A stretch of DNA of 64,000 nucleotides from Eledone cirrhosa (GCA_964016885.1 OZ024741.1:29698001-29762000); one strand, 5' to 3'. Shown: positions 27,041-40,694, counted from the stretch's first letter. A program made the numbers and translations. Notes: generated by a model from the letters alone, not told the origin.

Positions 27041-27853
27041 TAGGGTAGATATGTAACTCTGATAGCTGTATACATATGTATATGTATGCATATATATATA
27101 TACATATTATATTTTTATTTATTTAAAAAAAAATTTTTTAAACATATAACTAGATACATTGACTTCGAGAAGGAAATCTGGGAAAATATGACACGCCAAT
27201 ATACGGCCAGCAATCTTTATATTCGTGAGATTATGTTTGATTGTAGATACAACTACAACTACATATGTGCCTGTATAAATGGAAGAACCATAGTTCTATA
27301 AGTATGTCTGTCTTCTTACCTACCTATGTCGTACGTACATGTATGTGTTTGTTTAACTCGCTATATCGATCTTGCGGCAACAATTACTGGTTTCATAGCT
27401 CCAACAATTTACAGATATATTAAGAAAGTGTGATTGCATCTTATGACTTTTGATTTCCTCACGAACGCATCAAATTATCAACACTCTTCACATTAAATAC
27501 GCGAAAATAAGCACAAACGTACACATTAGCATACATACATATATACATACATTCATAGATGCTTACATATATGCATACATACACAAATACATACAAACAT
27601 ACGTGCATACATACATACGTACGTACATAGATACATAGATAAATACACTTTAAAATGAGATACAGAATGTCTTACATATATACGATGATTTGCAGTACCA
27701 TATACGGCAATGTAGACATTCACACTAACACACAAACACACTCACACACACACTCATGCATACATCTTTAGAAATTTTGCCTATTATATCATGCATATAT
27801 ATGTATACATATAAATGGTATGTGTATACATATATATATGTGAGGTGTATATG

Positions 27854-27885
<32 letters not shown>

Positions 27886-27942
27886 TACACACATATATAT
27901 ATATATATACACACACATATATATATATATATATATACATAT

Positions 27943-28037
<95 letters not shown>

Positions 28038-28044
28038 TACATAT

Positions 28045-28132
<88 letters not shown>

Positions 28133-28149
28133 ATATATATATATATAAA

Positions 28150-28263
<114 letters not shown>

Positions 28264-28274
28264 AATATACATAT

Positions 28275-28335
<61 letters not shown>

Positions 28336-28434
28336 GTATATATGTAGTTGTATGTATGTATATATGTGTGAGTGTGGTGAGGCATAATATATATTGTCTA
28401 TTATTATCAGAATCTGAAAGAGGCTATGGGGCAG

Positions 28435-28634
28435 NNNNNNNNNNNNNNNNNNNNNNNNNNNNNNNNNNNNNNNNNNNNNNNNNNNNNNNNNNNNNNNNNN
28501 NNNNNNNNNNNNNNNNNNNNNNNNNNNNNNNNNNNNNNNNNNNNNNNNNNNNNNNNNNNNNNNNNNNNNNNNNNNNNNNNNNNNNNNNNNNNNNNNNNNN
28601 NNNNNNNNNNNNNNNNNNNNNNNNNNNNNNNNNN
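28435..28634. other. Assembly gap (200 N)
   Basis: Directly visible. Confidence 1.
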
Positions 28635-28714
28635 AGACGTAAGAAGGAATATCGATGCAAAGTCTGGCGACAAATATAGAGTGAGCACTGGCATAAAAGC
28701 AGAAAGACTATCGC

Positions 28715-28807
<93 letters not shown>

Positions 28808-28950
28808 CATATATATATACTATACATATATATATAAGCATACATTGAAGTTGTAGCCGCATTAGAGCAGATGCCAATCGAATTGCTTGAGGCAGTGTCA
28901 AAACAATGTATTATACATATACATACATTTATATATAAATATATGTATGT

Positions 28951-29001
<51 letters not shown>

Positions 29002-29014
29002 TTCACTCTTTCAC

Positions 29015-29054
<40 letters not shown>

Positions 29055-29205
29055 CTGTATTTATCCCGGGTTCAATCGGAGGTAACCACAGTAAGTAAGG
29101 TACTCAATACATAGCAGAGTGTAAATATTTAATATAGAAATGGCTTTTACAATGGCTTTCCTGATGATATCCTCCTAATGAAACAGTTCTAGTCCTGTAG
29201 AAGCA

Positions 29206-29254
<49 letters not shown>

Positions 29255-29579
29255 ATATATATATATGAAATATATGAAATATAAGAATCAAAGAACTGTT
29301 CAAAACATTATTGTGCTTACAGCCGTTTCCTCGAAACCGAGCTTTGGATCCTTCGGAGCAATTTATTAATGCATGGACAGTTATATGACCTCGTATATAT
29401 ATATATATATAAATACACTTTGGCGCAATCTGGGTTACACATTCTGTAATTATGATTATAGACTATATATATATCAAGATAGAACAAGTTTTAAATTAGT
29501 TAAAACATTATTCAACAGAGTACTCGAAACTTGGGCTAGTAGAGTATGACTATATAATAAAGAGTCGGGGCCCAATATA

Positions 29580-29619
<40 letters not shown>

Positions 29620-29727
29620 TGTATATATAATATCATCATCATCATCATGATCTTCATTTAACGTCCATCTTCCACGCTAGCATGGGTTAAAATATATATA
29701 TATATATATTATATATTGGGCTCCGAC

Positions 29728-29798
<71 letters not shown>

Positions 29799-29802
29799 TA
29801 TA

Positions 29803-30699
29803 CGAGGTGTGTCAGAAACGTTCCAGGACTGATGTCACAAAAGATTAATTTCGAAACCAAACTTCACACTAAGAGTTTTCTCCTTCAAAGTAATTCCACT
29901 GGAGTCTAATACACTTTTCCATCCTTTTCTGCCCCGCTTGCATGCACTCCTGGGAGGATTCATCCGGGATCCTCCGCAGTTCCGTCGTCACGGCCTTTTT
30001 GATGTCGTCCACGTCTTCCAAAACGGGTCCCCGCCGGGTCGTACTCGAAGATCCATGACTCATCACCGGTGATGACTGTCACTAGCAAGTCTGGTTCGGT
30101 TTCAAGACGCTCGAGGATGTCCTGGTACACTTGCATGCGTCGACCCTTCTGGTCATTGTTCTGCAATGTTGGCACCATTTTCGCGCAGACTTTCCGCATG
30201 TCCAAATCTTCGGTGAGAATCTTCCAGACGCTGCCCAATTCATGCCCAGCTCATTTGCCATCAGTCGAACAGTCAGCCGACCCATAGCTACGCACCATCT
30301 GCCTGACGAGCTCAACGTTGACCTCAGTACTGGTTGTTGAGGGCCTTCCGCTCCTGGGGTCATATTCCAAGTTCTTGCGTCCCTTCTTTAAACCTCTTGC
30401 ACCACTCAAAAACACGTGGGCCTGACATCGTCTCATCTCCATACACATGCTGCAGCAATTCCAGTGCTTCTGGCGAAGTTTTCAAGTGTTATCGTTGCTT
30501 TGTGCTCATTGCTTGACGGCCTGAAACAGAGGGCATGTATATAACATTATGAAGAAAAAGGTTTGATCGCTTCAGAGAGCTAAGATTACAGTACATACTC
30601 CAGGGGGATTACTTTTAAGGAGAAAACTCTTAGTGTGAAGTTTGGGTTTGAAATAAATCCTTTGTGACATCAGTCCTGGAACTTTTCTGAGGCACCTCG
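29803..30699 (-). mobile_element. Second copy of the deleted mariner, within the duplication
   Basis: Same TIRs, deletion and flanks as 24473-25366, with extra 1-bp insertions. Confidence 0.95.
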
Positions 30700-30819
30700 T
30701 ATATAAGTGTGTGTGTGTATATCCGGGGTTAAATTGGCGGTAACAACAGTAAGTAAGGTACTCAATACATAGCAGAGTATAAATATTTAATATAGAAAGG
30801 CCATTTCTATATTAAATAA

Positions 30820-30850
<31 letters not shown>

Positions 30851-31593
30851 AGGGAGAGAAAGGGGGTAGATAGATAGATATGTGTGTATGTGAGTGTATG
30901 TATCTGTATAAATATGTATGTGTATAGGGACATAAACTGAGTCTTAAATTTTCTAGCCGGATTCTCAGAGGGTTCATTAATTTTGTGAGATGATTCCCCC
31001 GTGCCTCCAGCAAACCCAATCACCTCCCACAAGTGATTTCTGAAAAAAAAAAACTTTTTATTTTTCCTTTTTTCTGTCGCTTTGTTTTGTTATCTTCCGT
31101 GAAGTAGAAGTCTCACACGTCGTACCATTATCTACATATCTTCCTAGCAACACTTGTCTACATACTTTTACTTATGCTCTCCCAATATGGCATAGTCCTG
31201 GAAAAGTTTTGTGATCTTCTTGCTATTTCAGGCTTTACAATTCTAACGAATAATTTATGAAGAATTATTTTCTACATTGTCACAGAAGGAGGCATACTGA
31301 TACGAAAATGACTGCTAAACACTTTAATGTGTACTTTCTCTCTCTCTTGTAACCATAACGCTGGCGATCTATATTTCAGTATTAATGAAACGAACTAGAT
31401 AATAGAATTTAAATTAAATTAAACCAGGCCGAAATATCGATAAATACTAAGTGAGGAATCATTACAAGAACACAGATTGTACTTGAATTCATTTAGAATG
31501 AACGTTTAATATATTTGTATTAAATGTGCGTATATTAAATTTTCACTGCCACATGGTTCTTTGATATTTATTTTTTTTAAATTATAAAGTGTG

Positions 31594-31722
<129 letters not shown>

Positions 31723-31929
31723 GTATATATACATACATATATATATATATATACGTATATATACATACATATATATATATATATATGCACATATATATAT
31801 ATATATAATATATTATATATATATATATATATATACACGTATATATACATACATACATATATATAATATATATGCATATATATATATATATATATAATAT
31901 ATATATATGTATATGTATATTATATATAT

Positions 31930-31975
<46 letters not shown>

Positions 31976-32079
31976 CTATATATATACGTACATATATACA
32001 TACATATATATACATATATATACATATACATACATATATATATATATATATATACATATATATATACATATATATATAC

Positions 32080-32156
<77 letters not shown>

Positions 32157-32288
32157 TATACATATGTATGTATGTGAGTATGTATGTATTATCTATGTAT
32201 GTATGTCTGTGTGTATTTATGTGTCTATGTCTGTCTGTATATATATATATATATATATATACAGCTATATATAAATATAGGAATTATA

Positions 32289-32356
<68 letters not shown>

Positions 32357-33178
32357 GTTATAGGGTAGATATGTAACTCTGATAGCTGTATACATATGTA
32401 TATGTATGCATATATATATATACATATTATATTTTTATTTATTTAAAAAAAAAATTTTTTAAACATATAACTAGATACATTGACTTCGAGAAGGAAATCT
32501 GGGAAAATATGACACGCCAATATACGGCCAGCAATCTTTATATTCGTGAGATTATGTTTGATTGTAGATACAAACTACAACTACATATGTGCCTGTATAA
32601 ATGGAAGAACCATAGTTCTATAAGTATGTCTGTCTTCTTACCTACCTATGTCGTACGTACATGTATGTGTTTGTTTAACTCGCTATATCGATCTTGCGGC
32701 AACAATTACTGGTTTCATAGCTCCAACAATTTACAGATATATTAAGAAAGTGTGATTGCATCTTATGACTTTTGATTTCCTCACGAACGCATCAAATTAT
32801 CAACACTCTTCACATTAAATACGCGAAAATAAGCACAAACGTACACATTAGCATACATACATATATACATACATTCATAGATGCTTACATATATGCATAC
32901 ATACACAAATACATACAAACATACGTGCATACATACATACGTACGTACCATAGATACATAGATAAATACACTTTAAAATGAGATACAGAATGTCTTACAT
33001 ATATACGATGATTTGCAGTACCATATACGGCAATGTAGACATTCACACTAACACACAAACACACTCACACACACACTCATGCATACATCTTTAGAAATTT
33101 TGCCTATTATATCATGCATATATATGTATTACCATATAAATGGTATGTGTATACATATATATATGTGAGGTGTATATG

Positions 33179-33226
<48 letters not shown>

Positions 33227-33282
33227 TATATATATATACACACACATATATATATAATATATATATACATATACACACACAC

Positions 33283-33330
<48 letters not shown>

Positions 33331-33338
33331 ATACATAT

Positions 33339-33405
<67 letters not shown>

Positions 33406-33433
33406 TGTGTGTGTATATATATATATATATAAA

Positions 33434-33483
<50 letters not shown>

Positions 33484-33533
33484 ATATATAGTATATATAT
33501 ATATATATATATGTATATATAAAATATACATAT

Positions 33534-33596
<63 letters not shown>

Positions 33597-34424
33597 GTAT
33601 ATATGTAGTTGTATGTATGTATATATGTGTGAGTGTGGTGAGGCATATTATATATTGTCTATTATTATCAGAATCTGAAAGAGGCTATGGGGCAGGTTTG
33701 AAGTCATGCATTTTAAAAAGGAAGAATAGATAGTGTGAGAATAAGATATATATGATGATGATGAGGAGATGGAGGGGGGGAGGAGGAGGAGAGGAAAAGC
33801 AGCAGGAGGAGAAAGAAGAACACGAGCAATGATGATGTAAGGATGTTGGATGTAGGGGCGTTGACGATGATTATGCTTGTTCTGTTTATGATGGTGATGA
33901 TGATTAGGGTGAAAGTAGGATTACGATCCTAAAAGCGGTGGTGGTAACAGTGACACAAGCAGAGATTCCTATACCGACATTGTTATACATTCTCACAACA
34001 ACAACAAGAAAATGCATATTTTTTATTACAGTTGAAAAGCAACAAATTCGGAGGGAGCGCGGGGTTTATTTGATTAAGTCGACCTCAGTACTGCCCTTGT
34101 ATGCTATGTTAAGGGGTCGCGGAATACTCCGTCATATGTAAAACTGCAAGGTCGAAGACCTTTGTTATTAACCCTTAATTGTTAACCTGAATTTTTACTG
34201 GAGGATCTCGATCAAACTGTTTATATTGACTCCCAGAATCGACCCACTATCTTTCCTTAGAATTTAATGCTCGATACTTAAACGACCACCTCTTATACAT
34301 AGTAATGCCTGGCAAAAATAAAGATGCCATTTGCTGAAACACAGTTTATAATTGAAACAGGGGTACATCCCAGACAAAAATATGAGATATAGATAGAAAA
34401 TGTCTCATGAAGATTGAATATATA

Positions 34425-34760
34425 TATGCACGCAGTCCTCGTTCTCGACTTCGCAGAATGTCTCGAGATATATCAACTCGTGCGCATGACTAAGTGTCAC
34501 GCTCCCACATTACTACCAGCGCTGCTGCTGCTGCTACGTCCGCTCTCTTCTCGGTTGCCGCTACTGTTGATTCTGTCAGAATAAGAGACTGCCTCTTTTT
34601 CGGTCAGTCGTAGCCCGGTACAGACGTGTTTCAACTGCTGTCTTGTTTTGTTTCATCTATATGTCAGCGTCATATCAACAGAAATGTGATTTCTGTTCCG
34701 TAGGCTAGCCTTAAATACGTGATACTTCCTTATCCCACGCGAAATCATGCGCCTAGAAGT
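34425..34760. promoter_or_regulatory. Possible host promoter or first non-coding exon region
   Basis: Locally GC/CpG-enriched and apparently unique in the window; TGCGCATG, (GCT)n, TCAGT initiator-like motif. No transcript evidence. Confidence 0.3.
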
Positions 34761-35235
34761 TAGCTGACGAGATGATTACATCGCTATAGGTCATTCATTT
34801 TATGTACATCAATTTTTTTCGGCTGTTTTATCTTTCTTAATTCTGCATGTCACTTTTTATGCTCTAATTTGCCCTTTTTCTTGTCTCTCTCTCTATATAT
34901 ATACTTCTTCCATCAGTCATCCTATGCGTTACACTAGATATCTTTCGTGTTATCTCTCCCTTCTCTTCTGACGGCCCTTCGTACATAAGAGGTTATATTT
35001 TATTCCACCCTGCATAGTATTCACGTTATACAGTTATTTTCCTTGTTTGAGATTCCTACAATTTTATGAAGACGTTTTAAAACACTCCAATGTATTTCAT
35101 ATTATGTTGACACATTGAAACGGCTACAGCTCAACCGTCGGGTTCCGATTCTTTATAATATAACCTTGCTTTACTACTTCAAGTATCGAGTGCTCCGTTG
35201 AGTAATGGTCTAAACCAGTTTCAAATTGAATCCAG

Positions 35236-35332
<97 letters not shown>

Positions 35333-35689
35333 GGATTGACTGTGTAGTTGCTAGTTAAGGTAGCTTAAAATGAGTGAGAATAAGAAGAAAACAAGAACGG
35401 GGGGGGGGGGGTCCTCATCAGTTGTCTACTGGGGTCTCGGATATTTTCAACGCTTTAAAGACAATATATCTACCGCACAGAGGCTTCAATAACTGGGTAA
35501 GTTATTGGGAAAACGGAGGAAGGAGGTAAGCCAAATAGAAGGGATAAGGGAAGAATATATATATGCATACATATACATATATATATAAATATACATACAT
35601 ATATATATATACATATATATAATATATATATTATATATATATATACATAAAATATTATATATATATATATATAAATAAATAAATAAATA

Positions 35690-36240
35690 AATACATACAC
35701 AAGCACAATAACAACAAACACATATAAAAACACACTAGTAAACTAAGATAGAATACAATAACCAAAACACAGTCACCCAAACACGAACACACATCAAACA
35801 CTATACACACACGCAAACGCATACGCAGAGAAGAAGACGATAAATAAATTAAATAAATAAATAAACAGATTAAATAAAGATGGCGTAGACATACAATACA
35901 ACAGGAGGAAACATAATAGCACATCTGCCAAGACCGTCAGTGGTGCTATTATGTTTCCTCCTGTTGTATTGTATGTCTACGCCACCACTGACGGTCTTGC
36001 AGATGTGCAACGAAAGAACTTTGTTAGACTATATATATGTGTTTGTGTCTATATATCTGTCTTTTTGACCGTTGGTCAGTCAATGGTAAACATTGAGGAG
36101 AGAATAAATTAACTGATATAACAGATACAGAAGCGAAAACCAACCAAAACTGTGAGTGCGTTCTGTTATTAATTCTGGCAATATTATTACAATATGACCC
36201 TCACAAAGTATAACAATATATATAAATATTGTTATACTGT
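35690..36240 (+). mobile_element. Penelope-like 3' UTR/pLTR remnant with decayed hammerhead
   Basis: Ends ATGACCCTCACAAAGTATAAC like 40543-40564; contains CTGACGG..TTGCA-gatg-TGCAAC-GAAA-GAAC-TT. Confidence 0.65.
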
Positions 36241-36269
36241 TAATCTGTTAATCTGTTTAATCTGTTTAC

Positions 36270-36361
<92 letters not shown>

Positions 36362-36798
36362 ATATGGTAATTTGGCAAGGCCTAGCAAGTAGAAGCCACC
36401 CTTGCCAGGATTGCTTGGGGAAGACATTTTGCAGCAGCATGTTGTATATGATCAGTGGAAAAATCTAATGAACCAGACATTTCACGTTGTATCACAATGG
36501 TGCCATGCAAATAATCCATCACGTTGGACATTGGATGAGACCTAAATATTCCGAGTTAGCTGGAAACTGTATACATAGTGTTGTGCCTTGTTTTTATCTC
36601 TACTGACGTTAGCGAAACCTCTGCCGTGACACACGTAAACAGTGCCAGAGTTAAAGACTTTGACTAAATCTTTCCTTATATTTCTTCACGTCAATTGAAG
36701 GGAAACATCCGGCTGAGGAAACAATGGAAAACATTTATATGGGGCGGCCCACTGGACAACCGAGGACAGGATAAAATATATATATATCTTTCTCTCTC

Positions 36799-36898
<100 letters not shown>

Positions 36899-36924
36899 TC
36901 TCTCTCTCTCAATGTATATTTTTA

Positions 36925-37105
36925 AGTGTTTATCCCAGGTTCAAACGGTGGTAACCACAGTAAGTAAAGAAGGTACACAATACATAGCAGAGTATAAATA
37001 TTTAATATAGAAATGGTTTCTATACAACTAGAACTGTTTCATTCGGGAGAAATCATCAGGAAGCCCAGGGCTTCCTGATAATTTCCTGGTTTCTCCTAAT
37101 GAAAG
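36925..37105. mobile_element. PLE-type terminal repeat (family also at 23761-23914, 25379-25480) with a minus-strand hammerhead core and foldback
   Basis: Shared GGTAACCACAGTAAGTAA..AATACATAGCAGAGT; minus strand GCTTC-CTGATGA-tttctcccgaat-GAAA-CAGTTCTAG. Confidence 0.6.
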
Positions 37106-37262
37106 CAGTGATTATTTGGTTAAACTTAAACTAATCTGTTCTTAAAATAAATATTTGCTCTACGGGTGTATATATATTTTATATATTTATATATATAATC
37201 GTTATTCAGCCCTCTTCGGATTTAATCTTCACATTCATTATTACCAGATATACAGACATACT

Positions 37263-37388
<126 letters not shown>

Positions 37389-37534
37389 CGAAGGAAATGA
37401 GGTAAGAAACCAAATGGACCATAACGCACCAAAGTACTGTTCCTATAACCCTCTCTACTACCCTAAGTATTGAGTTCTGCGTTATGGTCCATCTGGTCCT
37501 TACAACATTCCCTTCGCTATATATATATATGTAT

Positions 37535-37633
<99 letters not shown>

Positions 37634-37679
37634 TTTGCTTTGCAAGGTTTTTGATATGAAATCGTGTGTCGATACAAAT

Positions 37680-38032
37680 ATTGTTATACTTGGGGAGAGT
37701 CATATTGTTGTAATAATATTGCCAGAGATAATAACAGAACACACTCACTGTTTTGTTGGTTCTCGCTTCTGTATCTTTTATATCTCCATAGTTAATTTAT
37801 TTGGTAATCAATGTTTATCATGATTGACCAACGGTTAAAAATACAGATATAAATATATATATATATATAGTCTATCAAAGTTCTTTCGTTGCACATCTGC
37901 AACATCATCAATGGAACTATTATGTTTCCTCCCAATGTATTGCATCTTGCTGTAATGTCCACGCCAGTGAGTGTGTTCTGTTATTATTTCTGGCAATATT
38001 ATTACAACAATATTACCCTCCACAAGTATAAC
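37680..38032. mobile_element. PLE pLTR remnant with ~70-bp inverted ends and a decayed minus-strand hammerhead
   Basis: 37680-37750 is the reverse complement of 37965-38032; minus strand TTGATGA-t-GTTGCA-gatg-TGCAAC-GAAA-GAAC-TT at about 37869-37915. Confidence 0.68.
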
Positions 38033-38039
38033 GATATAT

Positions 38040-39482
38040 ATACATATATATATATATGTATACAGACGCACAGTAGTATGTATATATATACATACATGCA
38101 CAGATATATATATGTACGTATGGATTCATGGATTCACCGAACATTTATTATAATGTTCGGCGTGTTTGTAAACATACATAATTATATTTAAGTAACAGCC
38201 GTACTAAGAGTGAGAAATGAAATTTCGGTTCATTTTTTCTGTTTATCGTTTTCGGTGCCCCGGCCGATTAACTCACTCGATATGCAAATTAAGCTGCTCA
38301 GCCGTTAATATGCAAAAGGAAAGTATATACTTTCAGACGTTCAATCATCTGGCAGAAAGGTATTCGTTACTGACGATAGCTAATAAGCTTGAAACTAGTA
38401 CATCGTTCCTTTGTCAGTGTTGAACAAATGAGCAACGATGGTTGCTAGGCACTGTACGGCTTAATTCGGGATGTTTGTTTACCAACACACCGAGCATTAT
38501 ATTTAATGTTCGGTGAATCCATACGTACATATATATGTGTGCATGTATGTATATATATATATATATACATACTATTGTGCGTCTGTATACATATATGTAT
38601 GTAGGTATACATACTTATATTTAAGTAACAGCCGTACTAAGAGTGAAAAATGAAATTTCGTTTCATTTTTTCTGTAAATGGTTTTCGGTGCCCCGGCCGA
38701 TTAACTCACTCGGTATGCAAATTAGGATGCTCAGCCGTTAATGTGCATAAGGAAAGTATATACTTTCAGACGTTCAATCATCTGGCAGGAAGGTACACGT
38801 TGCTGACGTTGAACAAATGAGCAACGATGGTTGCAAGTCATTGTACGGCTTAATTCGGGATGTTTGTTTACAAACACACCGAGCATTATAATGAATGTTC
38901 GGTGAATCCATACGTACGTATATATGTGTGCATGTATGTATATATATATATATACATACTACTGTACGTCTGTATACATATATGTATGTACGTATAAATA
39001 CTTATATTTAAGTAACAGCCGTACTCAGAGTGAGAAATGAAATTTCGTTTCATGTTTTCTGTTTATCGTTTTCGGTGCCCCGGCCGATTAACTCACTCGA
39101 TATGCAAATTAGGCTGCTCAGCCGTTAATATGCATAAGGAAAGTATATACTTTCAGACGTTCAATCATCTGGCAGGAAGGTATACGTTGCTGACGATAGC
39201 TAATAAGCTTGAAACTAGTACATCGTTCCTTTGTCAGTGTTGAACAAATGAGCAACGATGGTTGCTAGACACTGTACGGTTTAATTCGGGATGTTTTTTT
39301 ACCAACACACCGAGCATTATAATGAATGTTCGGTGAATCCATACGTACATATATATATATATGTGTGCATGTATGTATATATATATATATATACATACTG
39401 CTGTACGTCTGTATACATATATATATGTACGTATACATACTTATATTTAAGTAACAGCCGTACTAAGAGTGAGAAATGAAAT
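38040..39482 (+). mobile_element. Retrozyme-like tandem array: about 3 units of ~430 bp plus a 5' inverted segment
   Basis: CTGACG cores at 38370, 38803 (3' half of the ribozyme deleted) and 39190; 38040-38172 is an inverted copy of part of the unit. Confidence 0.85.
39184..39226 (+). ncRNA. Minimal type I hammerhead ribozyme (best copy in the array)
   Basis: ACGTTG-CTGACGA-t-AGCT-aata-AGCT-t-GAAA-CTAG-TA-CATCGT; stem I extended by CTGGCAGGAAGG / CCTTTGTCAG. Confidence 0.82.
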
Positions 39483-39488
39483 AAGAAG

Positions 39489-39530
<42 letters not shown>

Positions 39531-39533
<3 letters not shown>

Positions 39534-39792
39534 AAAAGATAACAAGGACGATTGGTTTCTCCTTCATTACATTTATTCTAATGAAGGAGTAACCCATCGT
39601 CCTAGTTATCTTTTCAATATAATAAACTCTGTATAGCTCTACACCTCGACACACAAGTGAACCTACAGTAACTCCAAGTTACACTCCCTATATATATATA
39701 TATATTGAAAAGATAACAAGGACGATGGGTTACTCCTTTCATTAGAATAAATGTAATGAAGGAGTAACCCATCGTCCTTGTTATCTTTTCAA
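39531..39792. repeat. Two ~88-bp palindromes with mutually inverted 9-nt loops
   Basis: 39531-39617 has loop CATTTATTC; 39705-39792 has loop GAATAAATG. Confidence 0.93.
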
Positions 39793-39816
39793 TATATATA
39801 TATATATATATATATT

Positions 39817-40564
39817 GTTATACTTTGGGAGGGTCATGTTGCCAATAAGAAACACACGCACCAATTGCTTTCACTTCAATTTATTATATATTTATACATT
39901 TATAAATTTACAAATCTATAAATTTCTGGTTGGTCTATTTTTATTTCTATGTTCTCTAATTTACCCTTGTGTTCTATCTAGAACACAAAATAGAACACAA
40001 GGGTAAATTAGAGAACATAGAAATAAAAATAGAATCTACACACAGAAAAGATGCAATGTTTAGACAAATTACAGAGGCAATAAACATAAAAGAATTACAT
40101 CCAAAATTAAATAGAAAATATGAGTGGAACAGCAACATCACAACTTACAATTAAGGACAAAATGAAAACACACACACACATAGAACAAACAACCAACCAA
40201 TAACATGTAAATAAATAAATAAATAAACAAATAGATAAATGAACATAAACACACACAGACACCCGGACGTGGCGCATGCGCAAACTGAGCACACAACACA
40301 CACACAGAAACAAAATGGCGTAGGACAGAAGAAAGGAAAGGCACAGAAACAAAGAAAGGAATCCCCAGTCACTGAAGAGGTCACAGAATGTGTGACGAAA
40401 GGACTATGACTATATATAAACAACTACCTGTTTGTGGAACCAACTAACCAACCAGAAATTTATAGATTTGTAAATTTATAAATTTATAAATATATAAAAA
40501 ATTGAAGTGAAAGCAACTGGTGCGTGTGTTTCTTATTGGCAACATGACCCTCCCAAAGTATAAC
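39817..40564 (+). mobile_element. Penelope-like element 3' part: GIY-YIG C-terminus, 3' UTR, hammerhead, ~120-bp inverted ends
   Basis: ORF 39969-40154 DAMFRQITEAINIKELHPKLNRKYEWN; 39817-39935 inverted at 40447-40564. Confidence 0.85.
40367..40411 (+). ncRNA. Minimal hammerhead ribozyme in the PLE terminus
   Basis: AGTCA-CTGAAGA-g-GTCACA-gaatg-TGTGAC-GAAA-GGAC-TA-TGACT. Confidence 0.8.
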
Positions 40565-40621
40565 ACTATCGGTTTCAACAAACGATTTCAGATAAAGAAT
40601 CTTTCTAAACAAATTCAGAAA

Positions 40622-40662
<41 letters not shown>

Positions 40663-40694
40663 TAATCTTCTTATTTCCACTCCTCTTTAAGCTA

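Noticed and set aside
38217-38423. 68-aa ORF MKFRF...LCQC repeated at 39037 and 59810
   Set aside because: It recurs only because the repeat recurs. It is broken in the middle unit, absent from the diverged 55-kb relative, spans the ribozyme cleavage site and has no recognisable domain.
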